Notes under the pieces: generated by a model
Database searches by the model: none
The model's input: the letters and a program-made list of their open reading frames with translations, nothing else
What the model was told of the DNA's origin: nothing
Translations under genes and position numbers: made by a program
In this document: positions 19,779 to 29,928 of the stretch, piece after piece
Position numbering within the stretch: position 1 is the first letter of the stretch
Layout of the letters: every line of letters starts with the position of its first letter
Assembly (NCBI GenBank): GCA_946620035.1
Contig: CAMOMX010000001.1
Span: 1,934-65,933 of the forward strand
Length of the DNA: 64,000 bases
From: an uncultured Lachnospiraceae bacterium
GTDB taxonomy: Bacteria; Bacillota; Clostridia; Lachnospirales; Lachnospiraceae
Reading direction: 5' to 3'

Positions 19779-20594
19779 CTAGTTCCGGATCTGCCCGGAG
19801 GCCTTTCTCACCAGGTCCTCCAGCTCCAGATTTCCGCCAAACAGGCTGAGCGCGCTTCCGACTGTCACATCCATGGCGCCGCCTGAAAGATCCCTGATCA
19901 GGTCCAGATCCTCCTCGGAATGGACGCCTCCCGCATAGGTAATGGGAAATCCCGTGCTTTTCTGCCAGCGCCCGAGAAGAGCGACCAGTTCTCTCTCGAT
20001 TCCCGATCTCTTCCCCTCCGCATCCGCCGCATGGATCAGGAACTCATCGCAGCGGCCCATAAGGCGCTCCAGGGTGCTCTCACAGATCACAAGATCCGTA
20101 AACTTCTGCCATCTGTCTGTCACGACGGCATATGTTCCGTCCTCTCTTCTCCGGCAGCTGAGGTCCAGGACCAGCCTCTCTTTTCCGACCGCGCGGATCA
20201 TTTCGTTCAGGGCGGCGTCACTGAGCTGCCCGTCCCGAAACACATAAGAGGTGACGATGACATGGGTTGCTCCGGCCTCCAAAAACGCGCCGGCAGAGTC
20301 CGGCGTTATGCCGCCTCCCGCCTGCATTCCGCCGGGAAACGCCGCCAAAGCGCCGAAAGCCTGTTTCCTGTCAGCGGCGTATGCCTCCTCTTCCTTTACG
20401 GAGTTGAGAAGTATGATGTGTCCGCCGCGCAGCCCCGCCTCTCTGTAAAGGGAGGCATAATAACAGGCGTCTTCCCCGGCCACAAAGTTTTCGAGAGCGG
20501 ACCCGCCCTTCGTGCCTTTGCCGTCCCTGAGCGTCCCTCCGATGATCTGCTTGACTTTTCCGTTGTGAATATCAATACAGGGCCTGATCTTCAT
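19779..20594 (-). CDS. hisA: ProFAR isomerase, eukaryote-like (His6) type
   Basis: RPCIDIHNGKVKQIIGG, HVIVTSYVF, LVLDLSC, DRWQ, EFLIHAADAEG, TYAGG. Confidence 0.9.
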   Translation of the reverse strand: MKIRPCIDIHNGKVKQIIGGTLRDGKGTKGGSALENFVAGEDACYYASLYREAGLRGGHIILLNSVKEEEAYAADRKQAFGALAAFPGGMQAGGGITPDSAGAFLEAGATHVIVTSYVFRDGQLSDAALNEMIRAVGKERLVLDLSCRRREDGTYAVVTDRWQKFTDLVICESTLERLMGRCDEFLIHAADAEGKRSGIERELVALLGRWQKSTGFPITYAGGVHSEEDLDLIRDLSGGAMDVTVGSALSLFGGNLELEDLVRKASGQIRN

Positions 20595-20600
20595 GGATCG

Positions 20601-21353
20601 TCATCTCAGAACGTCGCTCATCGTGTAGTAGCCCGCAGGCTTTCCGACGAGATATTTTGCCGCTTCCACAGCGCCTTTTCCGAATACCGCCCGGCTGTAA
20701 GCTCTGTGGGAGAAGGTGATCACTTCGTCCTGTCCGGCAAAGATCACGTCGTGGTCTCCGACAATGGAGCCGCCCCTGACCGCCGAGATTCCGATCTCCT
20801 TTACGGGTCTCTTCTGTCTTCTGTTCGAGCGGTCATAGACATATTCATAGGGCTCACTGAGTGCGCCGTTGCATGCGTCCGCGAGGGCGAGTGCTGTGCC
20901 GCTGGGCGCGTCCACCTTCTGGTTGTGGTGCTTCTCCACGATCTCGATGTCAAATCCCGCCGCCGCAAGTTTGGGGGCCGCCTGCGCGAGGAGTGCCTCG
21001 ATCAGGTTGATTCCAAGAGACATATTGGCGGATTTGAGAACGGCCGTCACCTCCGAGGCGCGGTCCAGAACCGCTGCCTGCTCCGGGGACAGACCGGTCG
21101 TACAGACTACCACCGGCAGTTTCTTCTTCACGCAGTAACGAAGCAGTCCTTCGACCGCCGAAGCGTTTGAAAAATCAATGACGACATCCGCTTCCGGGCA
21201 CTCATCGAGTGTGCGGTAAACCGGGTAGTCCGCATAGGCATCTCCGAACGCGTCTACGCCGGCGACGATCTCTGTCCCGGGATCTGCCGCGCAGATCTCC
21301 GTAATGATGTGGCCCATGCGGCCGCTGCATCCGTGTAAGATCACTCTGCTCAT
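20601..21353 (-). CDS. dapB: 4-hydroxy-tetrahydrodipicolinate reductase
   Basis: GCSGRMG, EKHHNQKVDAPSGTA, GDHDVIF. Confidence 0.97.
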   Translation of the reverse strand: MSRVILHGCSGRMGHIITEICAADPGTEIVAGVDAFGDAYADYPVYRTLDECPEADVVIDFSNASAVEGLLRYCVKKKLPVVVCTTGLSPEQAAVLDRASEVTAVLKSANMSLGINLIEALLAQAAPKLAAAGFDIEIVEKHHNQKVDAPSGTALALADACNGALSEPYEYVYDRSNRRQKRPVKEIGISAVRGGSIVGDHDVIFAGQDEVITFSHRAYSRAVFGKGAVEAAKYLVGKPAGYYTMSDVLR

Positions 21354-21365
21354 AGATTCCCTCCG

Positions 21366-22256
21366 TCAGATTATTCCAAAGTTTTTCATCGCTGTTTCAA
21401 GCTTCAAAGTGTTTGCAGGGGTCAGCTCTGTGAGAGGCATGCGAAGAGGTCCCGCGTTAATGCCCATCAGGTTGACCGCTTTCTTTACCGGAATCGGATT
21501 CACTTCACTAAACAGCGCCTCAAAGAGCTCAAGGGTCTGTCTCTGGATCTTCGCGGCACCCTTTACGTCTCCGTCAAAGAATTTCTGACAAAGGTCATGC
21601 ATTGCCTTAGGGGCGACGTTAGCGACAACGGAGATCACACCGATCCCGCCCATGGACATGAGCGGAACGACCTGGTCATCATTTCCGGAATACAGATCGA
21701 TATTTCCGTCGCAGAGCGTCATGAGCTTTACGACCTGGCTGATATCTCCACTGGCTTCCTTGATCCCCACGATGTTGGGAACATCTTTGACAAGGCGTGC
21801 CACCGTCTGAGGGAGGACATTTCCGCCGGTCCTGCTGGGCACGTTGTAAAGAATGACAGGTGTTCCCGGTACCGCGTCCGCCGTCATCTTAAAGTGTCCG
21901 TATATACCTTCCTGTGTGCCTTTGTTATAGTAAGGGCTGATCAGAAGGAGTCCGTCCGCGCCATAGCCCGCGACCTCTTTGGAGAGCTCCACAGCCGTCT
22001 GGGTCCTGTTGGATCCTGTTCCGGCCACGACCGGTACACGCTTGTTCACATGATCAATACAGAACTTGCATACATCCAGATGCTCCTGCTCGGTCATTGT
22101 GGCGGCCTCTCCGGTCGAGCCGCAGACAACGATCGCATCCGTCCCGTGATCGATCTGATAATCGATCAGATCGGCAAACGCGTCGTAGTTGACCGACTGG
22201 TCCGAATCCTTAAAAGGTGTGACAATAGCTACTGCAGATCCTTTAAATACTGACAT
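21366..22256 (-). CDS. dapA: 4-hydroxy-tetrahydrodipicolinate synthase
   Basis: AIVTPF, GSTGE, LYNVPSRTG, GIKEASG, NPIPVK; start moved to MSVFKG after SD. Confidence 0.97.
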   Translation of the reverse strand: MSVFKGSAVAIVTPFKDSDQSVNYDAFADLIDYQIDHGTDAIVVCGSTGEAATMTEQEHLDVCKFCIDHVNKRVPVVAGTGSNRTQTAVELSKEVAGYGADGLLLISPYYNKGTQEGIYGHFKMTADAVPGTPVILYNVPSRTGGNVLPQTVARLVKDVPNIVGIKEASGDISQVVKLMTLCDGNIDLYSGNDDQVVPLMSMGGIGVISVVANVAPKAMHDLCQKFFDGDVKGAAKIQRQTLELFEALFSEVNPIPVKKAVNLMGINAGPLRMPLTELTPANTLKLETAMKNFGII

Positions 22257-22355
22257 TTTACTTTCCTTCCGTTCATGAATACCGATTGACTGAAAACTCA
22301 TATTCCTTCCCGGTCCGCCGCGCAAGTAAAGAGCCTTACGCGCCCGCGCCTAAGA

Positions 22356-22850
22356 TCAGAAGTTTCTGAACTGCACATTACAGATCTCCGAGATCCTGTC
22401 GGCAAATCTGCACACTTCCACATTCATTTCGCTGCCGGTTATGATCACATCCGTATCATTGCCCGACTCCACAAGCTCCTTCAGATCATCCACGGAAATG
22501 ATCCCTTTATTGACAACCTCCAGGACCTCATCGAGGATCAGAAGATTGCACTCTCCCGTAGTCAGGACCTTCCTTGCGAATCCGAGGCCGTTTCGGATAT
22601 TGACAGCCGCTTCTTCCTGTTCCTCAGGGGACCTGTCCATGTAGTCCGCATCAGACTTCTCGAATCTGAACAATTTGATCTCGGGTTCAAGGCGTTTTGT
22701 AAATTCACTGTCGGTCATTCCTTTTCCCTTGAGAAACTGGATAATGACAATGCGATCCCCCCGGGACGCCCTTTTCATAGCGATTCCGAGCGCTGCGGCA
22801 GATTTACCGTAGCCGTCGCCCATAAAGATCATAACTTTTCCGGAAGCCAT
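22356..22850 (-). CDS. CobA/CobO/BtuR-like adenosyltransferase homolog (divergent)
   Basis: GDGYGKSAAA variant P-loop, IQFLKG, LLILDEV. Confidence 0.7.
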   Translation of the reverse strand: MASGKVMIFMGDGYGKSAAALGIAMKRASRGDRIVIIQFLKGKGMTDSEFTKRLEPEIKLFRFEKSDADYMDRSPEEQEEAAVNIRNGLGFARKVLTTGECNLLILDEVLEVVNKGIISVDDLKELVESGNDTDVIITGSEMNVEVCRFADRISEICNVQFRNF

Positions 22851-22947
22851 AACGATTCTCCATGTATTTCTATATGGTTTATACTAATACCTCTTACTAA
22901 ATTAGCATCTTTTGCAATTTCTGTAAATCACAGAAAGACACGCGGAC

Positions 22948-24720
22948 TCACATTCTCTCGGGGGCCGTAAATCCGAGCACATCTATGCAGGTGCTCAAAA
23001 TATCGTGTGTCAGCTTCAAAAGCGCGATCCAGCTCTCTTTTTGGGCCCTGTCTTCCTCCGCCAGGATGCGCGTGGAATGATAGAAGCTGTTGAAGTCGTT
23101 GGAGAGCTGATAAATATAGGCACAGACGCGGTGAGGCGCGATCTCGTAAAAGGCATTGTCCATCATCGCGTTAAATCCGGCGAGGTCTGTCATAAGATCT
23201 TTCTCCGCCTTGCTTCCCGCCGCCGCGATCGCGCACTCCTTCACCGGTTTTGCTCCTTCTTCCGCCGCGTATCTGGCCAGGATCGATTTGATCCGGACGA
23301 TCGTGTAGAGGATGTAGGGGCCGGTATCTCCCTCAAAGGAAGTAAATCTCGCGATATCGAAAATATAGTCCTTGGAGGCCTGGTTCGACAGGTCGCCGTA
23401 CTTGAGGGCCGCCAGCGCGACCTGCCTTGCGGTCGCTTCCGCTTCCTCCCCGCTGATCTCAGGGTTTGCCGCGATCTTTCTGCTCATCTCATCGTTGATA
23501 TCGCGGATGAGGTCTGAGAGCTTCATGACGCCGCCGTCCCTGGTCTTAAAGGGTTTCCCGTCCTTGCCGTTCATGGTTCCGAAGCCGATGTGGCACAGCT
23601 CTGTGCTCTCCGGGACAAGGCCGCACTTTCTCGCGGTGCGGAATACCTGCTGGAAGTGCAGCTCCTGGCGCTTGTCGGTGATATACACGATCTTGTCGGG
23701 GTGGTAGAGTCTTTCTCTCTCGCTGATCGTGGCGAGGTCTGTCGTTGTGTAGAGCGCTGCGCCGTCGGACTTTAAGATAATGCAGGGCGGCATCTCCTTG
23801 GAATCGGACTCCCTGGACACATCGACTACAAGGGCGCCGTTGGATTCATAGGCAAATCCCTTGTCTTTCATATCCGCCACCATGCCCGGAATGGCGTCAT
23901 GCACCGTGGATTCTCCCCACCACAGGTCGAAATCGACGTCGAGGTTCCGGTAATTCTTCTTCATATCCGCCACGGAGACCTCGATGATCTTCTCCCAGAG
24001 GGCGCGAAGTCCCCTGTCACCCTCCTGAAGCCTGTGGGTGTTTTCCATCGCTTCCGCGTAATAGGCGGGATCTTCCTTGGATTTTTTGCTCGCTGTGGGA
24101 TAGATCTCCTCGAGCTCAGTGACCGTAAACGGCGCCTCTTCCGGATAGGTTCCCTCATAGGCCTTGTCAAAATAGACAAGACCGGGCTGTCTTTTGGACA
24201 CTTCCGTGATGACAAGGCCCATCTGAAGGCCCCAGTCGCCGAGGTGGATGTCCCCGATCACATTCTCTCCGTGATATCTGGCGATCCTCTTGACCGCTTC
24301 GCCGATCACGGCGCTTCGAAGATGTCCGACGTGAAGCGGTTTGGCGACATTGGGTCCGCCGTAATCGAGGATGATCGACTGCGGCTTCTCAGGGGTCTCA
24401 AGCCCGAACTTGTCCTCCTCCCTCATGCTGTTAAGATAAGAGGACAGAAACTCCTCCCGGATCTTCAGGTTCAGAAATCCCGGCTTTACCGCCTCTACGG
24501 ATGAAAAGATCTGTGAGCCTGAAAGCCGCTCCGCCACCTCGCCGGCGATCATGATCGGCGCCTTGTGGTATCTTTTGGCACCGGCCATCGCGCCGTTACA
24601 CTGATATTCGCACAGGTCGGGCCGGTTGGATACCGTTACCTTTCCCAGTTCACTGTCATAACCCGCAGCTTCAAACGCGGCGGCCATCTCCTTCGTGATC
24701 AGATTCAAAAATTTTTCCAC
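22948..24720 (-). CDS. argS: Arginine--tRNA ligase
   Basis: DYGGPNVAKPLHVGHLRS, GDWGLQMG, KSDG, FKTRDG; GTG start at 24720 after AAGGAG. Confidence 0.95.
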   Translation of the reverse strand: MEKFLNLITKEMAAAFEAAGYDSELGKVTVSNRPDLCEYQCNGAMAGAKRYHKAPIMIAGEVAERLSGSQIFSSVEAVKPGFLNLKIREEFLSSYLNSMREEDKFGLETPEKPQSIILDYGGPNVAKPLHVGHLRSAVIGEAVKRIARYHGENVIGDIHLGDWGLQMGLVITEVSKRQPGLVYFDKAYEGTYPEEAPFTVTELEEIYPTASKKSKEDPAYYAEAMENTHRLQEGDRGLRALWEKIIEVSVADMKKNYRNLDVDFDLWWGESTVHDAIPGMVADMKDKGFAYESNGALVVDVSRESDSKEMPPCIILKSDGAALYTTTDLATISERERLYHPDKIVYITDKRQELHFQQVFRTARKCGLVPESTELCHIGFGTMNGKDGKPFKTRDGGVMKLSDLIRDINDEMSRKIAANPEISGEEAEATARQVALAALKYGDLSNQASKDYIFDIARFTSFEGDTGPYILYTIVRIKSILARYAAEEGAKPVKECAIAAAGSKAEKDLMTDLAGFNAMMDNAFYEIAPHRVCAYIYQLSNDFNSFYHSTRILAEEDRAQKESWIALLKLTHDILSTCIDVLGFTAPERM

Positions 24721-24754
24721 GGTAATCTCCTTGTTTTGTATTAATTGAAAATGA

Positions 24755-25462
24755 TTATATGGCATCGGAGGGACTTTGCGCAAGTGCGGTCTCCCCGCGC
24801 CGCGATCCGGTGTCCCGCCTCGAAAAAGCACATCCGCAGTAGTTCTGCCTGTACAGGGAGAACTCCTTCGAAAGTTCGATCGACCGCTTGTATCCGTTCT
24901 TCTTCTTAAAATCAGAGGGAAGGAAGCGCACGCCGTATTCTTCGGACACCCTCTCTCCGATCTCGTTGAGTCTTCCCGCGTTCTTGAGCGGGCTGATCGT
25001 GAGCGTCGTGGTAAAAAAGTCAAATCCATTCTCCGCTGCGGCCTTTGCGGACTCCCGAAGCCGCATCTCGAAACAGATGCCGCACCGGTCTCCCCCTTCC
25101 GGGCAGTCCTCATAGCCCCTGACGGCGCTCAGATACCGGTCAGGGTCATAGGGCGCCTCCAGGAAACGGATCGGCATCGCCCTGTCCGTTGAATGCATCC
25201 CCTCGAAGTCCTGATTCAGAACCTGCCTGTTATAGGTCTCGATGAGGCGCTTCACCTCAAGACGCCTGAACTCATACTCACTTTTCTGGGTGATGTTCGG
25301 GTTGTAATAAAATACAGTGATCCGGAAGTATTCCCGCAGATATTCAAGGCAGTAGCTGGAGCAGGGCGCGCAGCAGCTGTGCAGAAGGAGCGTCGGCCTT
25401 TCATCGCACTGCCGGATCCTGATGAGCTCCTTTTCGAGCATTTTGCTGTAATTTGGATTCAC
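24755..25462 (-). CDS. queH: Epoxyqueuosine reductase QueH
   Basis: LLLHSCCAPCS, YNPNI, RCGICFEMRL, TTTLTISPLK, YRQNYCGC. Confidence 0.9.
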   Translation of the reverse strand: MNPNYSKMLEKELIRIRQCDERPTLLLHSCCAPCSSYCLEYLREYFRITVFYYNPNITQKSEYEFRRLEVKRLIETYNRQVLNQDFEGMHSTDRAMPIRFLEAPYDPDRYLSAVRGYEDCPEGGDRCGICFEMRLRESAKAAAENGFDFFTTTLTISPLKNAGRLNEIGERVSEEYGVRFLPSDFKKKNGYKRSIELSKEFSLYRQNYCGCAFSRRDTGSRRGETALAQSPSDAI

Positions 25463-25535
25463 GGATAATAAATCCTCCCACACAGAACGTGCGCAGGACG
25501 AGTCCCGCGCACATTATCGTTCCGATTCAGATTGT

Positions 25536-28500
25536 TTACTTGAAATAGCGGACACCGCTCTCGAAGAGCCGGAGGTCCTGTTCGCCGTAGATGTTGAGAT
25601 TTACGCCTCTGCCTTTGCGCTCGCAGTGCGCCATCTTGCCGAGGATCCTTCCGTCGGGGGAAGTGATGCCTTCGATCGCGGCATAGGATCCGTTGATGTT
25701 CCACTCCTCATCCATGGAGATGTTCCCGTCGGGATCACAGTACTGCGTGGCCACCTGGCCGTTTGCGAAGAGTTTGTCGATCCACTCCTTCGGAGCGACG
25801 AACCGTCCCTCTCCGTGGGAAGCGGGATTGGTGTAGACGCCGCCGAGCTCTGCCCCCATAAGCCAGGGAGACTTATTGGTCACGACCTTGGTATACGCCA
25901 TCTTGGAGATGTGGCGTCCGATCGTATTAAATGTCAGGGTGGGCGAATCCTCTCTCTGTCCCGTGATCTCTCCGCCGGGCACAAGTCCCAGCTTAATGAG
26001 GGCCTGGAATCCGTTGCAGATTCCGAGGATCAGTCCGTCCCTCTGATTGAGAAGGTCGCCGACCGCCTCCTCGATGAGGGCGTTTCTGAACGCGGTCGCG
26101 AAGAACTTCGCGCTTCCGTCAGGCTCATCACCGGCCGAGAATCCGCCGGGGAACATGATGATCTGGGACTGTTCGATCGCTTTGGCAAAGTCCTCTACGC
26201 TCTCCCGGATATCCAAAGGAGAGAGATTTCTGAACACCTTCGTGATCGTTCTGGCGCCTGCCTCTTCAAAAGCCGTCGCCGTGTCGTACTCGCAGTTCGT
26301 ACCCGGGAATACGGGAATAAAGACTGTGGGCTGCGCGATCTTGTGCGTGCAGACAGCGATGCTTCCCTTGTCATATACGGGGGTCTCGATCGCGCTCGTG
26401 TCCTTATAAGCCTTTGTGGGGAAGATCTTTTCAAGAGGTGCCTTCCACAGATCCAGGATCTCACAGGCAGGGACCGATGCCTCGTGCCAGGAGAAGGCCG
26501 CATTTTTTCCCTCTTCGGTGACCGTTCCGATCACCGTATAATTGTCCGGGATGCGCTCCCTGAGAAGCTCCTCGCATCCGTCTTCCATTTCCAGGATGAG
26601 ATCGCCGATCCTGTTTCTGAACAGGTGCTTCATCGGCACATTCTCATCAAACCGGACGCCAAACCCGTTTCCGAACGCCATCTTGGCGACCGCGGGCGCC
26701 GCGCCGTAACAGTCAACCGCGTAGGCCGCTTTCACATGGCCTTCTCTCATGAGCGCGGTGACTTTGTCATAGATCTCGCATACATCATCGTATACGGGGA
26801 TATCGTACTCATCTCTCTCAATATCGATCTGGACGAGCTTGTCGCCGGCCTTCTTGAGCTCAGGCGTGATCACATCGCCGATCTTTGCAACATCCACAGC
26901 GAAGGAGACGAGCGTCGGGGGAACGTCAATATCGTTGAAGGTTCCGGACATACTGTCCTTTCCGCCGATGCTTCCGATCCCGAAGCCGAGCTGCGCGTCG
27001 TAGGCGCCCAGAAGGGCCGCGAAGGGCTGGCTCCAGCGGGCGGGGTCCTTGGACATTCTGCCAAAATATTCCTGGAATGTCAGGTGCAGCTTTCTGAAGT
27101 CGCCGCCTGCCGCCACGACCTTGGATACGGACTCCGTGACCGCGTAGACCGCGCCGTGGTAAGGGCTCCAGGAACTCAGATACGGATCAAAGCCGTAGCT
27201 CATCATCGTGACGGTATCCGTCTTTCCTCCAAGGACAGGGAGCTTGGCGACCATGGTCTGCGTCTCTGTCAGCTGGAACTTTCCGCCATAAGGCATATCG
27301 ACCGTTCCCGCGCCGATCGAGGCATCGAACATCTCCACCAGGCCCTTTTGTGAGCAGGTGTTGAGATCGGAGACGGACGCGCGGAGCGCTGTCTCGAAAT
27401 CTTTACCGGTCAGCTCTTTGCTTCTTCTTCCGTCAAGGATGTCACTGACTTTGGAAGAGGCATATTTGTCGAGATAATTGTCTTCTTTGGAAGGCATAAG
27501 CACCTTGACATCGGTCGCCTGGTGCGCGCCGTTGGTATCCAGGAAGGCTCTCGAGATATCCACGACGGCCTTTCCTCTCCAGTTGAGAACCAGCCTGGGC
27601 TCCTCGGTGACAACTGCCACAGGAGTGGCCTCCAGGTTTTCCTCAGCGGCATAGGAAAGGAACAGATCCTTGTCCTCAGGCGCCACGACAACCGCCATTC
27701 TCTCCTGGGACTCCGCAATGGCAAGCTCTGTGCCGTCCAGGCCCTCGTATTTCTTGGGAACAAGATCCAGGTTTACCTGTAATCCGTCGGCAAGTTCTCC
27801 GATGGCGACGGATACTCCGCCCGCGCCGAAGTCGTTGCACTTCTTAATGATCGCGGACACTTCCGGTCTTCTGAAAAGCCTCTGGAGCTTTCTCTCTGTA
27901 GGCGCGTTACCCTTCTGGACTTCAGCGCCGCACTCTGTCAGGGACTGGTCATTGTGCGCCTTGGAGGATCCGGTCGCACCGCCCATTCCGTCACGTCCTG
28001 TCCGGCCGCCCAGAAGGATGATCACATCGCCGGGGTCACTGTTTTCGCGCTTTACATTCTTGCGGGCAGCAGCTCCCATGACCGCGCCGATCTCCATGCG
28101 CTTCGCGACATAGCCGGGGTGATAGATCTCCTTGACATGGCCTGTGGCGAGACCGATCTGGTTTCCGTAACTGGAATAGCCCTTGGCCGCGCCAAGTACC
28201 AGCTTCTTCTGAGGAAGCTTATTCTCAAGCGTCTCCGATACCGGTACAGTCGGATCGGCTGCGCCCGTAACGCGCATCGCCTGGTATACATAGCCTCTTC
28301 CGGAGAGCGGATCCCGGATCGCGCCGCCGAGGCATGTGGCCGCGCCGCCGAAAGGCTCGATCTCCGTGGGGTGATTGTGCGTCTCATTCTTAAAGAACAC
28401 AAGCCACTCCTCTGTCTCGGGTCCTCTTCCGTAGTCCACCTCGACCGGAACGACCACGGAGCACGCGTTGTTCTCGTCGGACTCCTCCTGGTCAGTCAGC

Positions 28501-29372
28501 TTTCCGTCCGCCTTGAGTTTCTTCATGCCCATGATCGCAAGGTCCATCAGACAGACATACTTGTCTTTCCGTCCCTTGTAGAGTTCCTCTCTCGTGTCGA
28601 GATAGCTCAGATAAGTGGGCTCAATAATATCTCTGTAATAGCCGTCCTCAAATTCCACATTCTCAAGCTCTGTGGAGAAGGTGGTATGGCGGCAGTGGTC
28701 AGACCAATAGGTGTCGAGCACCCGGATCTCCGTGATCGTAGGGTCTCTGTGCTCCTCGTTCGCAAAGTAGTTCTGAATAAACGCAAAGTCATCAAAGGTC
28801 ATGGCAAGACCGAGGGACTGATACAAATTTGTGAGTTTATCCTCAGTCATGGAGGTCATTCCGACCATCACCGCCACATCACCCGCTTCCGGATAATCCG
28901 TCTGCAGCGTCTGAGGCTTCTCCATCCCTGTCTCCCGGGAATCCACGGGGTTTATGCAGTATTTCTTGATCCTGTCGATCTCTTCGTCCGAGATCGAGCC
29001 GAGAAGAATATAGGTCTCAGCCGTCTTGATCACCGGATTCTCATTTTCATTGAGAAACTGTACGCACTGTACAGCACTGTCCGCCCTCTGGTCAAACTGT
29101 CCGGGAAGTGCCTCTACGCTGAACACGTGGGCGTTCTCCGGAATCTCGATCGTCTCCCTGTAGAGAATATCTACAGGAGGCTCTGAAAACACTGTCCTGC
29201 ATGCCGTCTCAAAGACTTCCTCCGAGACATTTTCCACATCGTATCGGATCAGTTTCCGAACTCCGGTCAGTCCTTCTACAGCTAAAAAACCAATGATGTC
29301 TTCTTTGAGCTGCCTGGCCGCAACCGCATAGGGCTCCTTTTTCTCGACATAGATCCGTCTGACTTTACTCAT
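25536..29372 (-). CDS. purL: Phosphoribosylformylglycinamidine synthase, fused clostridial type
   Basis: 1278 aa; YWSDHCRH, ETHNHPTEIEPFGGA, glutaminase GICNGFQ, SHGEG, MAHCER. Confidence 0.97.
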   Translation of the reverse strand: MSKVRRIYVEKKEPYAVAARQLKEDIIGFLAVEGLTGVRKLIRYDVENVSEEVFETACRTVFSEPPVDILYRETIEIPENAHVFSVEALPGQFDQRADSAVQCVQFLNENENPVIKTAETYILLGSISDEEIDRIKKYCINPVDSRETGMEKPQTLQTDYPEAGDVAVMVGMTSMTEDKLTNLYQSLGLAMTFDDFAFIQNYFANEEHRDPTITEIRVLDTYWSDHCRHTTFSTELENVEFEDGYYRDIIEPTYLSYLDTREELYKGRKDKYVCLMDLAIMGMKKLKADGKLTDQEESDENNACSVVVPVEVDYGRGPETEEWLVFFKNETHNHPTEIEPFGGAATCLGGAIRDPLSGRGYVYQAMRVTGAADPTVPVSETLENKLPQKKLVLGAAKGYSSYGNQIGLATGHVKEIYHPGYVAKRMEIGAVMGAAARKNVKRENSDPGDVIILLGGRTGRDGMGGATGSSKAHNDQSLTECGAEVQKGNAPTERKLQRLFRRPEVSAIIKKCNDFGAGGVSVAIGELADGLQVNLDLVPKKYEGLDGTELAIAESQERMAVVVAPEDKDLFLSYAAEENLEATPVAVVTEEPRLVLNWRGKAVVDISRAFLDTNGAHQATDVKVLMPSKEDNYLDKYASSKVSDILDGRRSKELTGKDFETALRASVSDLNTCSQKGLVEMFDASIGAGTVDMPYGGKFQLTETQTMVAKLPVLGGKTDTVTMMSYGFDPYLSSWSPYHGAVYAVTESVSKVVAAGGDFRKLHLTFQEYFGRMSKDPARWSQPFAALLGAYDAQLGFGIGSIGGKDSMSGTFNDIDVPPTLVSFAVDVAKIGDVITPELKKAGDKLVQIDIERDEYDIPVYDDVCEIYDKVTALMREGHVKAAYAVDCYGAAPAVAKMAFGNGFGVRFDENVPMKHLFRNRIGDLILEMEDGCEELLRERIPDNYTVIGTVTEEGKNAAFSWHEASVPACEILDLWKAPLEKIFPTKAYKDTSAIETPVYDKGSIAVCTHKIAQPTVFIPVFPGTNCEYDTATAFEEAGARTITKVFRNLSPLDIRESVEDFAKAIEQSQIIMFPGGFSAGDEPDGSAKFFATAFRNALIEEAVGDLLNQRDGLILGICNGFQALIKLGLVPGGEITGQREDSPTLTFNTIGRHISKMAYTKVVTNKSPWLMGAELGGVYTNPASHGEGRFVAPKEWIDKLFANGQVATQYCDPDGNISMDEEWNINGSYAAIEGITSPDGRILGKMAHCERKGRGVNLNIYGEQDLRLFESGVRYFK

Positions 29373-29554
29373 AAATCGCGCTATCTCCTTTTAAGGCGTA
29401 AATAAATGAATGATTATCTCAAGGAATTATAACATAGCTTTCCCAAAAGTACATACACGGGATAGCCAATGAATGCCGGCCTTTTGCAGATTTGTTTATC
29501 AAATATCAGCAAAAAGGCCAAAATACAGAGGCTGAAAACTGCAAAAAAATTATG

Positions 29555-29583
29555 TTGAACATCTCAGAGGGTTGTGTTATACT
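29555..29583 (+). promoter_or_regulatory. Sigma-A promoter of tRNA-Trp
   Basis: TTGAAC-17 nt-TATACT with TG extension. Confidence 0.65.
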
Positions 29584-29622
29584 TTCACATGTTGACGGAC
29601 AAAACCGTCCGGACAGCTTCAT

Positions 29623-29693
29623 AGGGGAATCATACAATGGCAGTATCACGGTCTCCAAAACCGTTCATGGGGGTTCGAATCCCTCTTCCCCTG
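29623..29693 (+). tRNA. tRNA-Trp (CCA), 3' CCA not encoded
   Basis: Acceptor AGGGGAA/TTCCCCT, D stem ATAC/GTAT, anticodon stem ACGGT/ACCGT with loop CTCCAAA (CCA at 29655-29657), T arm GGGGG-TTCGAAT-CCCTC, discriminator G. Confidence 0.95.
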
Positions 29694-29707
29694 CTCTAAT
29701 TTATATC

Positions 29708-29742
29708 AAATCACTCCGAATTATTTCAGAGTGATTTTTTCT
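29708..29742 (+). terminator. Terminator after tRNA-Trp
   Basis: aaatcactc..gagtgatttttt. Confidence 0.7.
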
Positions 29743-29835
29743 TTATTTATCAGCAAAACTGGCATTTATCTAACCCTGTTATGTTTATTATAGACTAAAA
29801 TATATCATGCTGATTTACCCATAAATACCGCTATT

Positions 29836-29867
29836 TGAGGTATGTATTGTGGTACCTCATGCGGTAC
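29836..29867 (+). repeat. Three direct repeats TGNGGTAY at 12-bp period (integrase arm-type-site-like)
   Basis: TGAGGTAT 29836, TGTGGTAC 29848, TGCGGTAC 29860. Confidence 0.6.
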
Positions 29868-29928
29868 ACAGAAGAAATCTAACCCAATAAAACAGGGTTC
29901 GTGTCGTGATTTGTGATAAAATGCGAAT

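Noticed and set aside
24721-25113. 131-aa N-terminal extension of ArgS in the ORF track
   Set aside because: Overlaps queH; a GTG with good SD at 24720 gives a normal-length protein
29373-29554. Purine or ZTP riboswitch before purL (also before purE, 61272-61394)
   Set aside because: No conserved aptamer motifs visible
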